DNA of 64,000 bases from Candidatus Poribacteria bacterium (GTDB lineage: Bacteria; Poribacteria; WGA-4E; WGA-3G), in assembly GCA_965197475.1 (NCBI GenBank), contig CBDANF010000002.1:896001-960000 (forward strand), given 5' to 3'. The notes beneath the pieces were generated by a model. That model worked only from the letters and a program-made list of their open reading frames with translations, was not told the origin of the DNA and made no database searches. Below, piece after piece: positions 1 through 9,177 of this stretch. A program made the position numbers and the translations under genes. How positions within the stretch are numbered: the stretch's first letter is position 1; every line of letters starts with the position of its first letter.

Positions 1-849
1 AGCAGCAGGTCATATCTACAACCTCATCAAAGGGACAGGGTTAAAACACGCCTTTGCTGCGACACATCTATACGATCCGAGTGTCGCTTATGTACGTCAA
101 CTGCTGACGCAGCAGAAAATCATCGGAGATTTGGCAGCCGTTGATATTGGATACACACGCAGAATTCCAGGTCAGCCTTCGGATATGATTAAGCCGTGGA
201 ATTGGATGAGTTCACTGGCACACGGTGGCGGTGCGTTGAACAATGGCTTACGCACCGACTCGGCATGCTCGAACGGATGACGGGCATGGAAGTTATGTCT
301 GCAGTGGGTGAGGCAAAAATCTATCCGAGGAAAGCTCCAGTCGTGCCAGAGATTCGAGACTTTCGGGTGTGGCGCAGCAAGATGATCACCTCCGAAGAAG
401 CATCATAATTGGAGTGGCGTGAGTGTGACGCAGAATGGGATTATTCGGCGTTTTTTAAGTTAGGGCATCCAAACCCAGATGTCGGCAATTCTATACTTGT
501 GACAATGCACACAAATCCGGGAGTGCCATCACATAAACCCACTGGCGGCTGGTTTTTCTACGGCACACACGGAACGCTGGTCGGCAGAGGCGGACACATT
601 CTGTCCCATATCACAAAACATATTGGTGAGGAAGTTGAAGAGTTATCTGTTCCACAAGAATTACAAGATGATTTGCCACAAATCGGGGACGAGATCCAAA
701 ACAAATGGACTGCACTCGTACGTGATTTCCTCGCGGATATTGAGGATCGCCCACACGAACCGTATTTGACGTTTCTTGACGGATGGCGTTACCAAATCGC
801 TATTGATGCTATACGGGGAAGTAAAGGATGGGCTCAAATGCCTGATTGA
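1..849 (+). pseudogene. Gfo/Idh/MocA-like oxidoreductase, C-terminal part, disrupted (5' end outside window)
   Basis: Frame +2 from base 2 reads ...KPWNWMSSLAHGGGALNNG. It shifts near 248-250 into frame +1 (LTHRLGMLERMTG...), hits an in-frame TAA at 406-408 and continues LEWRECDAEW...PTFLDG-like C-terminus (YLTFLDGWRYQIAIDAI). Confidence 0.65.
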
Positions 850-890
850 GTGCAAGGGACAAGCGTTTCATATCATAAGGATAAATATCA

Positions 891-2066
891 ATGTATGAAA
901 AGCATGGGGAGACGATTGAAGCGCGAGAATTTCTTGATGTGTTGCAAAGCGATGCTTCACACATCACCTTGAGCAATTGTACGATTAAAGGTGTTGTTGA
1001 CCTCTTTTCTACCGATCTTGAACGCGACGAAAATGACCGAATCTGCATCAATAAAACACTTTCTTGTATCGGATGCACCTTCAAAAATGTTGTCAATTTC
1101 CGGACAGCAGTTTTCCAACAAGGAAATTCCTCCCAAGAAGAAAATTCCTTCCGGCGTTCTGTCTTTGAGGCAGATTTTGACTTTGACGAAGCCACGATGC
1201 AACATCAGTGCAGTTTTCGCGAGACTACGTTCCAAGGTCGTGCCAACTTCCATAGTGCGACCTTCCAGGAAAGCGTTAGTTTTTGGCGTGCGAAATTTCA
1301 CAATGTCGCCGATTTTCACCAGGCACAATTCTACGATAACGCAGTTTTTCATGAAGCACAATTCCAGAAGGAAGCAAACTTTAGCCGTGTACTTTTCCAA
1401 CAGACACTTGATTGCACAGGCACAAGTTTCGCGGGCGTAGCTATCTATAATCGCGCAACATTTCTCGGCACATCTCTTTTCACCGCTGCCAAATTTGCTG
1501 CTGTCGCCTCATTTCGCGATGTTCAATATACCCCCAACACAATCCGACAATCAATTTCCAACAGGTTTACCAAAAATTCAAAAAATCCGACTGAATTCTA
1601 TTTAGATAGCCAACATGTGGACGAGGTGGCAAATCCGTTTTTCAAAAGGTATGTTGCAGACCAGCAGTTTATCCGTGCCTTCAATAAAGCAAATCCGATG
1701 TTGGCACACCTATGGCGATGGAGTTCTGATTATGGACGCAATCTTGGGCTTTGGGCATTCTGGTCACTATTCATCGCGTTTCTGTTTGCGATTGCATACC
1801 TGCCGTATCCATCGTGGATGCCAGAGTGGATGCAGGATTGGTCACCACAATTTCATCAAGCAACCGGTCAGTACAGTGGTGAACCGCTAACATTCTGGAA
1901 TTCATTCTATTTCAGCGTCGTTACCTTTACGACGCTCGGTTTTGGTGATGTCGTTGCGGATAACGCCACTGCACGTCTACTTGTAACGCTGGAAGTGATT
2001 TTTGGATATCTGATGTTAGGTGGGTTAATCAGTATTTTCGCTAATAAATTGGCAAGTCGGAGTTAG
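891..2066 (+). CDS. Pentapeptide-repeat protein with C-terminal two-TM potassium-channel (Ion_trans_2) domain
   Basis: A-x-F-x-x periodic repeats (ANFHSATFQESVSF...); pore motif YFSVVTFTTLGFGD followed by a TM helix. Confidence 0.85.
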   Translation: MYEKHGETIEAREFLDVLQSDASHITLSNCTIKGVVDLFSTDLERDENDRICINKTLSCIGCTFKNVVNFRTAVFQQGNSSQEENSFRRSVFEADFDFDEATMQHQCSFRETTFQGRANFHSATFQESVSFWRAKFHNVADFHQAQFYDNAVFHEAQFQKEANFSRVLFQQTLDCTGTSFAGVAIYNRATFLGTSLFTAAKFAAVASFRDVQYTPNTIRQSISNRFTKNSKNPTEFYLDSQHVDEVANPFFKRYVADQQFIRAFNKANPMLAHLWRWSSDYGRNLGLWAFWSLFIAFLFAIAYLPYPSWMPEWMQDWSPQFHQATGQYSGEPLTFWNSFYFSVVTFTTLGFGDVVADNATARLLVTLEVIFGYLMLGGLISIFANKLASRS

Positions 2067-2372
2067 TTTATTTCTGTTAATGCATTCTGAACTTCTTACG
2101 TCAGACTAATCGTGACATTGATTCCCTCCTGCAAGAGTATGTTGCAAGAATAGAAACTCTGAAGATATCTGAAGCCAAAACTTTAGAATTTGACATCAAG
2201 TCCGCAATTTAGCATACCTACCTAAGTTATCCCTAAAAATCATCGAATTTCCTCCCATATGTTGTTGAAGTCACACTTGAATCAATTCTTATATCTTCAA
2301 TGAATTCCCGAAGATGAAAAGTTAGGTGAATAATCATTATTTCGGGTGAATTTGACTTTCTACAGATTTAAT

Positions 2373-2401
2373 TTGACAAAATAAGCCAATTATAATATTA
2401 T
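2373..2401 (+). promoter_or_regulatory. Putative sigma70 promoter upstream of the Hsp70/caspase cluster
   Basis: TTGACA (2373-2378), 17-bp spacer, TATTAT (2396-2401) in an AT-rich intergenic region. Confidence 0.55.
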
Positions 2402-2520
2402 GTTAAGACATAATAAATTAATTAGTATAAATAATAATATAGTGTCCTGATATTTATTAAAATTCTTCAAATATCAATGTTTATCAGTGTTTTCTTGGTA
2501 GTTGTTCATGAAAATGTTCG

Positions 2521-2778
2521 CTGATAGAACTTATTTTTGACGAAGCCGTTTGGTTCAACGAAGAAATACACGTAAAAATTGAAGTTCAAACCTTAGCGGG
2601 TGATAACATGGGCTGGGAGGAAGAATTCTAGTTGTTAAGTTTTAAGGATAACGAGATCGTTATTGCCCGTTCTGATGGGAAACCGTTTGAGCGTGAAACC
2701 ACTTACGTTGTCGTCGGGACTGTCACAGACCTTGCCAACGAGATAGAATTCAAGCGTACTTTTACTACAGGCGATTAA
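2521..2778 (+). pseudogene. Remnant of an Ig-like (Big_5-type) beta-sandwich domain gene
   Basis: Frame +1 reads LIELIFDEAV...QTLAGDNMGWEEEF*...ETTYVVVGTVTDLANEIEFKRTFTTGD*. Internal TAG at 2629-2631, no start codon; ends in the typical F-T-T strand directly before the next ATG. Confidence 0.5.
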
Positions 2779-5685
2779 ATGGAGGATCTTATGAAAAATA
2801 GATTTATTAACCTTACGCTAATTGTTCTAATTTTGATTAGTACGGTAGGTTGCTCAGCTGTGAAGGTTGTGCAAACACAGGCCCGTATTGGTGTTGAGAA
2901 AACTGTAGGTGCTGCAGAGGAACGCCGGACGAAATTGAATCGAAGAGATTTCCGACTTGGGTTCAACGCAACGGAAAACCAACTCGGGGTCCGTCTTGAA
3001 TATCGACCGTATTATAGTCTCGAAAAACAAGAAATAGTAACATACCATCCTACTAAAACAACCGCACTCGAAAAGATCATGATGCTTGCGTACGCAGGAG
3101 GCTTTGTATGGATATTATCTGATGTTCTTGTCGAGACAGGTGAAGTTGCGGTAAATGATGAAGGGAAATTATATAATGTCACTGAATTCGACTGGAGTAG
3201 GACAAATTCAACGCAAAGGGCAATTATGGTTGCGGCTCCACTGGACTTAATTTTATGGGGTTTTGCCCATGGAGATAAGACGGTCCGTGAACCGTGGCGG
3301 AAGACAAGTGAAGTTGCAGGAGAATGGCAATTCTTGGAAAAACATCCCTACCGCTTAGAACTCCCTACCTATAACTTTGGTAAGGATTACCTATCAAATA
3401 CTGGCAATGAAAGTATTCGAATCTACGACTTCCTGTCTGGCGTGGATAATCCACTTCGGTTCAGAGATATAAATTCTGTTTCACTTCGTGCTTCAACTAA
3501 GGTTGATGAGGAAACATACCTAAAAGACCTCAATCTTACCTCACAAGCACAACTAAGACCTTTTCATGACTCAGTCCTTGCCGCTTTGAATATTGATATG
3601 ATTTCAACGGGAAAACCGCGCCTCATGCCGAGGCCTGAAGTCCAAACAGAATGGCATAAAGGGGCTGTTCAAGCCGGTGAGCAGGCAACCCTAATCGTGA
3701 CGGTTAAAAATACAGGTAAAGGCGAACTTTATCGACTCACCGCACGCACAGTCAGTTCGAATAAAGCATTTAACAATAAGGAACTGAAATTTGGCAAAAT
3801 TGATCCAGGTGATTCAAAAATAGCCTCTGTCACTTTCAACATAGACAAATTGATGCACACACAAGAAATCCCTATAAGTGTCAAGTTTGCGGAATTCAAC
3901 GGTCATATTCCCGATAATATTGCTGCGAAACTTCAAGTTAGCGAAATACCGCGTCCGAAGTTTGATTATGCCTATCGTGTCATTGATGGCGGTACTGACA
4001 CCTCAGTTGGAAATGGAGATGGCATTTTCCAACGAGGTGAATCAGCAGATATCCGCGTGATGGTGCGAAACGGTGGCAAAGGAAAAGCGGCAGGGGTCAC
4101 GGCAAAATTGAATCTACTGGACCGCACAGGCGTTGACATCTATGGAGATACACTCGTAAATCTTCAGACACTTGAACCCGGGAAATCTAAGACTGCAACC
4201 TTTAACGTCGGTGTTAAACGTTCGACCTCAATTAGAAACTTACGTGTGAATTTGTCTGTCCAAGAAAATTACTTCGGCTCAGAAACGAGTCTCACGGAGA
4301 CGCTCAATCTGCCAATAGATAGGGTCGCCGCGCCAAAGGTTAAAGACCTTGATTTAGTCGCGACGACAACGTCAAATTCTGTGCAGGTATATAATGGCGC
4401 GTCAAGGATCACACCCATCAGTGCAGAAATTCCAGGAAATGCACAGGTCAAGGTTTCCGGGCAACTTGGGGAATGGTATCGTGTAGAACTTAGTGTCAGC
4501 GACCAAAAGACTACAGGATGGGTTCATCGGGAGCAACTGACAACACTGAGGGTTGCAAGACAACCGAATGCCCAAATAGAACCCCCCGAAGTGGTAGAAG
4601 TGTTCCAAAACACGCCGCCAACATTAGCACTCTTTGAACCGGCACAGCAGCAGGTAGAGGTAGAGGAAAGCACACTTGTCCTCGAAGCAATTGCTGTTGC
4701 GAATAAAGGTGTTAAAAACGTGGCGTTAACTGTCAATGGAAGAGCTACAAGCACTATGAAACAGGGAATGAACAATACTCAGCAGACACACCCGACTGTG
4801 GTTAGAATAAAACAGACCCTATCGCTTCGCTATGGTAAGAACATCATTATGTTGAGTGCTATTGATACAGAGAACCGTTCTTCTGAACCTATCGTGCTTT
4901 CTGTGACCCGCGCACGTGAATTGGTCAGACAGGACTACGCTTTGTTGTTTGGTGTGAACAGTTATGAACACTTTGACCCGTGGCATAAACTCAATAATCC
5001 TATTCCTGACGCGGAAGCTATCCGAGATGAACTAAAAAATAAATACGGATTTGCCGTTGAATTGGTTAGTGACCCATCGCGAGATGAGATTCTTACGAAA
5101 ATCAACGAATATGCTCAGAAAAAGTATAATGAGAACGACCAGATCCTGATATTTTTCGCAGGTCACGGCTATTTTGAGGAAACAAATGATGTCGGCATCG
5201 GCTACCTCGTTGCAAGCGATACAAAGCCGCCAGAGGCTGACCGGGGCAAATCAAGCTATATCTCACACGGAGATCTCCGTGAACGGGTTGAAAATATCGG
5301 GTGTGAACACATTTTTCTGATGATTGATGCCTGTTTTAGTGGTACGTTCGACCCGCTTGTGGCGCAGTTCAATCGAGCGCGAGGTGCAAATAGAATACCC
5401 GATAATGTCTCTCGCTCAAAATATATTAAACAAACGTTAACTTACAAAACTCGGTTGTTTCTTACATCAGGTGGCAAAGAGTATGTATCAGATGGTGTTC
5501 CAAACCGTCATTCGCCATTTACACGTCGGGTGCTTGATGCATTGCGTAGTGGTGGTGGGCAACACGGCATCCTGACGTTAGATGATATTCGGCGTTCCGT
5601 TGAAAAAGCCACACCTCAACCGCGTGCAGGCGAATTTGGCACGAATGCGCCGGGGAGCAACTTCTTGTTCATCCGTGACCAATAA
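2779..5685 (+). CDS. Lipoprotein/membrane-anchored caspase-family (peptidase C14) protein with CARDB/Ig-like and SH3b domains
   Basis: Lipobox-like STVGC; Ig/CARDB-like VKNTGKG and VRNGGKG strands; SH3b-like GEWYRV...GWVHR; C-terminal YALLFGVNSY, FFAGHG and DACFSG His/Cys dyad. Confidence 0.85.
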   Translation: MEDLMKNRFINLTLIVLILISTVGCSAVKVVQTQARIGVEKTVGAAEERRTKLNRRDFRLGFNATENQLGVRLEYRPYYSLEKQEIVTYHPTKTTALEKIMMLAYAGGFVWILSDVLVETGEVAVNDEGKLYNVTEFDWSRTNSTQRAIMVAAPLDLILWGFAHGDKTVREPWRKTSEVAGEWQFLEKHPYRLELPTYNFGKDYLSNTGNESIRIYDFLSGVDNPLRFRDINSVSLRASTKVDEETYLKDLNLTSQAQLRPFHDSVLAALNIDMISTGKPRLMPRPEVQTEWHKGAVQAGEQATLIVTVKNTGKGELYRLTARTVSSNKAFNNKELKFGKIDPGDSKIASVTFNIDKLMHTQEIPISVKFAEFNGHIPDNIAAKLQVSEIPRPKFDYAYRVIDGGTDTSVGNGDGIFQRGESADIRVMVRNGGKGKAAGVTAKLNLLDRTGVDIYGDTLVNLQTLEPGKSKTATFNVGVKRSTSIRNLRVNLSVQENYFGSETSLTETLNLPIDRVAAPKVKDLDLVATTTSNSVQVYNGASRITPISAEIPGNAQVKVSGQLGEWYRVELSVSDQKTTGWVHREQLTTLRVARQPNAQIEPPEVVEVFQNTPPTLALFEPAQQQVEVEESTLVLEAIAVANKGVKNVALTVNGRATSTMKQGMNNTQQTHPTVVRIKQTLSLRYGKNIIMLSAIDTENRSSEPIVLSVTRARELVRQDYALLFGVNSYEHFDPWHKLNNPIPDAEAIRDELKNKYGFAVELVSDPSRDEILTKINEYAQKKYNENDQILIFFAGHGYFEETNDVGIGYLVASDTKPPEADRGKSSYISHGDLRERVENIGCEHIFLMIDACFSGTFDPLVAQFNRARGANRIPDNVSRSKYIKQTLTYKTRLFLTSGGKEYVSDGVPNRHSPFTRRVLDALRSGGGQHGILTLDDIRRSVEKATPQPRAGEFGTNAPGSNFLFIRDQ

Positions 5686-5723
5686 AGCACATTTTAAAAT
5701 AAAAAATTAGGAGGTTACAAATA

Positions 5724-6077
5724 ATGGCTAAAGTTTTTCAAGGTCAAAAGGGTTGGCTTGACGATCCTATTTTGATGGTAGAGAAAGGGGAGGTATTTAC
5801 CTATCCAAAGGGTTGGCTTGACGATCCCATTCTGACTATTGAAGGTAGCACTATCTACAACGGAGAGAAGGGTTGGAATGACGACCCGATTGCCACTGTT
5901 GAAGATAACAAGGTTTACGAGGGAGAGAAGGGTTGGAATGACGACCCGATTGCCACGATTGAAGGTGATGAAGTTTATGAGGGTGAGAAAGGTTGGAGTG
6001 ATGACCCCATCGCAACTATTGAAGAAGGTGGACGTATGTCTGCAGCTGCTGCCGCAGTGTATTTACTTCTCATGTAG
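5724..6077 (+). CDS. Small protein with five 20-aa repeats and a C-terminal hydrophobic helix (beta-flower-like)
   Basis: Five copies of VYxGEKGWxDDPIATIE with a 60-bp DNA period; C-terminal SAAAAAVYLLLM; strong RBS AGGAGG. Confidence 0.8.
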   Translation: MAKVFQGQKGWLDDPILMVEKGEVFTYPKGWLDDPILTIEGSTIYNGEKGWNDDPIATVEDNKVYEGEKGWNDDPIATIEGDEVYEGEKGWSDDPIATIEEGGRMSAAAAAVYLLLM

Positions 6078-6139
6078 GCAACGCAGCATCCCGAATGGTT
6101 GAAAATCATTCGGATTATATATAGAAAGGAGGAATACAA

Positions 6140-8221
6140 TTGTCTAAAATTGTTGGAATTGATTTAGGAACAACGTTTTCCGCTGTCGCACACATCAACG
6201 AAAACGGGGTTCCCGAACTCATCCCTAATGAAGACGGTAAGCGTCTAACCCCAAGCGTCATCTTCTACAATAATAGCGAATTCATTGTAGGAGAATATGC
6301 GAAACAGAATGCTTTAGCAGAACCTGAAAATACTGTTGAGTTCATCAAACGCGAAATGGGTAAGCCGCTCTCGGAATTCTCCCGCGAATTCGGAGGAAAA
6401 GAATACTCATCAGAAGAACTCTCCGCCGAGATACTTAAAACTCTCAAAAAGGATGCGGAAGCTAAACTTAAAGAACAGGTAACTGACGCTGTTATTACAG
6501 TTCCTGCTTACTTTAATGACCCAGAACGTAAAGCGACTATCCGTGCAGGTGAAATCGCCGGACTGAACGTTCAACGCATCATAAATGAACCTACGGCTGC
6601 CGCGCTATCTTACGGCATGCACCACAGCGGCGATACAGCAACAGTCTTAGTCTTTGACCTCGGCGGTGGCACCTTTGATGTGACGATTATGGAAGTTGAG
6701 GGACAGGAGATGAAAATTTTAGGGACCAACGGCGACCATCGACTCGGTGGGAAGGATTGGGACGATAAAATTATTATCCACGCAGCAGAACGTTTTAAAA
6801 GCGAACACGGCGAAAATCCTTTGACTGACCTTTCTACATACCTGGAAATACAGACAAGAGCAGTTGAAGCAAAGATTCAGTTGTCAACTCTCAACAGAGC
6901 CACTATCATTACCAATTATGCCGGAAAATCCCACCGACTTCAACTCACTCGGCAGGAATATGAGGCGATGACGACTGATCTCGTTGAACGATGCAGAAGT
7001 CTTGTAGAAGTAGTTTTACATGAGGTTAAACTTACTGCTGATCAGATTGATACTGTGCTCCTTGTTGGCGGGTCAACACGACTGCCGATGATTCAAAATA
7101 TGTTAACAGAATACTTCGGAAAGCCACCGGATACCTCAGTTAATCCTGATGAGACTGTTGTGTTTGGCGCGGCGATCATGGGTGAGCTTATTCAATCCGA
7201 AGAAACGAAAAAACGTCCATACCTCGGTGCAGGTCCGAAGCAGAACCTTGGTATCATGCGGATTAGCGATGTTTGTTCTCATAGTCTCGGCATGGTTGCA
7301 CTTGACAATATCGGTGAATTGTGTAATAGCATTATTATCCCCAAGAACACCAATATCCCATGCAATGTAAGCAAAGACAACTATTTGACAACGAGTCCTA
7401 ATCAGACTGAATTTGATATAATTGTTTTACAAGGCGGCGAGGAACTTGCCCCGCGTGAGTGCCCAGTGCGCGATGCTTACGAAGTTTTTGATATTCCACC
7501 ACGCCCTGCCGGAGAGACGCGTCTTAAAGTAACTTTTAAATATAATGCAAGCGGTATTATTGAAGTTGAGGCAGAAGATGTGCAATCTAAAAAAGTGCTC
7601 CCAATTCGAAAAAAAGTAGAGGACATTGATTGGGACGAACTGGAATCACCGACACCTGTTGCCATGCCCATGGACATCGCTCTCGCTATTGACTGTTCTG
7701 GCAGTATGAGTGGAGGTGACATTGACGATGCGAAAGCTGCTTCATCTCGGTTCCTTGATAACATTGATCCAAGTTCACAAGTCGGGCTCGTCAGTTTCGG
7801 GGGCTCTGAGATTGAAATTGAGATGCATCTTACACAAGATTTTGACCAACTCCGGCAGGCAATTGAAAACCTCAGAACAAGAGGCACTACACCTATGACT
7901 GAAGCAATTGCCTTGGTGAGAAAACATGTCCTCATTAACAGCCAAAATACCAATGTGCTTATTCTTTTGACCGACGGCTTTCCTGACGAGAAAAACACCA
8001 CTCTTACAGAGGCTGAGTTTGCTAAACAACAGGGTATCCAAATTATTGCAATAGGTGTCGGCGATGGCGTTGGAAGCGACTATCTTAAGCAGATTGCTTC
8101 AACACCTGAAGATTACTACTTTGTGGAGGAGAGCGTCCAGCTTGAATCCACATTTACGTCGATCGCGAGTCGCCTTGTCACGGAATCCTTAGGGCGCACT
8201 GCCGGAATCTCAAGACGTTAA
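6140..8221 (+). CDS. Hsp70-family protein lacking the helical lid, fused to a C-terminal vWA domain
   Basis: GIDLGTT, TVPAYF, NEPTAAA, DLGGGTFD and VGGSTR motifs; C-terminal MIDAS DCSGS...T...LLTDG; TTG start with AGGAGG RBS. Confidence 0.92.
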   Translation: MSKIVGIDLGTTFSAVAHINENGVPELIPNEDGKRLTPSVIFYNNSEFIVGEYAKQNALAEPENTVEFIKREMGKPLSEFSREFGGKEYSSEELSAEILKTLKKDAEAKLKEQVTDAVITVPAYFNDPERKATIRAGEIAGLNVQRIINEPTAAALSYGMHHSGDTATVLVFDLGGGTFDVTIMEVEGQEMKILGTNGDHRLGGKDWDDKIIIHAAERFKSEHGENPLTDLSTYLEIQTRAVEAKIQLSTLNRATIITNYAGKSHRLQLTRQEYEAMTTDLVERCRSLVEVVLHEVKLTADQIDTVLLVGGSTRLPMIQNMLTEYFGKPPDTSVNPDETVVFGAAIMGELIQSEETKKRPYLGAGPKQNLGIMRISDVCSHSLGMVALDNIGELCNSIIIPKNTNIPCNVSKDNYLTTSPNQTEFDIIVLQGGEELAPRECPVRDAYEVFDIPPRPAGETRLKVTFKYNASGIIEVEAEDVQSKKVLPIRKKVEDIDWDELESPTPVAMPMDIALAIDCSGSMSGGDIDDAKAASSRFLDNIDPSSQVGLVSFGGSEIEIEMHLTQDFDQLRQAIENLRTRGTTPMTEAIALVRKHVLINSQNTNVLILLTDGFPDEKNTTLTEAEFAKQQGIQIIAIGVGDGVGSDYLKQIASTPEDYYFVEESVQLESTFTSIASRLVTESLGRTAGISRR

Positions 8222-8262
8222 CGCATATACAAATTAGATGTTCAACAAAGGAGGTAATAATC

Positions 8263-9177
8263 TTGAATAATGAAGATCAAACAATTAATGATACGACTGA
8301 AGTTACCGATACAGACACGACCGAGAGTCTGCCTGTAGAGGAACAGAACGCTGATACAGAAACAGGTCAGGAATCGGAGACAGAGCCGCCAGATGAAAAT
8401 GGAGATGACTCGCAAACCGAACCAGATCACGATGAAACAGCAGAACCACAAACCTCAAGAACTGAACCTGATCTGGAATACATGAACGTACTCAGATCGG
8501 TGGATCAGCACCTGTCAAGTTTGCAGGAGTTGTTTACAGGACAGATCACACGCAACCAAAACCAAAAGCAGATGTTCGATACGGTCTATCGTGAAATGAA
8601 GGAGTATAAGGAAAACACGCTTCTGGATACGTATCAGAAACCTGTTATCCATAATCTTATTCAATTCTATGATAACTATGTAGAGGTAGAATCCCAACTG
8701 GCCGATATCAATGAAACACTTCAAGTATTTGAGCCCTTGTTTGAGAATACCTCAGATAAAAAACTGAAAAAACTTCTATCCAAAGAAGTGGGTGACGATC
8801 TTGACAAGATTTGGAGGAATCTGAGAAAAACACTGTCTGAATTTAGCAATAATATGGAAAATGTCCGTGTTGAATTGGAAGAGGTGTTATATCGTATGGA
8901 TGTAGAACCTTATGAGCAGCAAGCGGAACAACCAAAGAAACTTGATCGGGCATTACACAAAACCCTTAAAACGACACCGACAGATAACCCCGATCAAGAT
9001 CAAGACGTGGCAGAAGTGCACAAAATCGGTTTCTATTGGCGTGAGAAGGTGTTTCGTCCAGAAGAGGTAACAATTTTCCGATACACGCCTCCCGCTGGTG
9101 AAGTTGAAGTAACACCAAGTGAAGAAACAGTGGGTGAAATCCCTACAGAAGAAAAAGGAGATAAAACAGATGGGTAA
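8263..9177 (+). CDS. GrpE-like nucleotide exchange factor
   Basis: Acidic N-terminus and long coiled coil; C-terminal VAEVHKIGFYWREKVFRPEEV matches the GrpE beta-domain pattern; lies between two Hsp70 genes. Confidence 0.75.
   Translation: MNNEDQTINDTTEVTDTDTTESLPVEEQNADTETGQESETEPPDENGDDSQTEPDHDETAEPQTSRTEPDLEYMNVLRSVDQHLSSLQELFTGQITRNQNQKQMFDTVYREMKEYKENTLLDTYQKPVIHNLIQFYDNYVEVESQLADINETLQVFEPLFENTSDKKLKKLLSKEVGDDLDKIWRNLRKTLSEFSNNMENVRVELEEVLYRMDVEPYEQQAEQPKKLDRALHKTLKTTPTDNPDQDQDVAEVHKIGFYWREKVFRPEEVTIFRYTPPAGEVEVTPSEETVGEIPTEEKGDKTDG

Noticed and set aside
5724-6077. 60-bp periodic repeat as CRISPR or noncoding array
   Set aside because: The period is a multiple of three, lies inside an ORF with a strong RBS, and is conserved at protein level.
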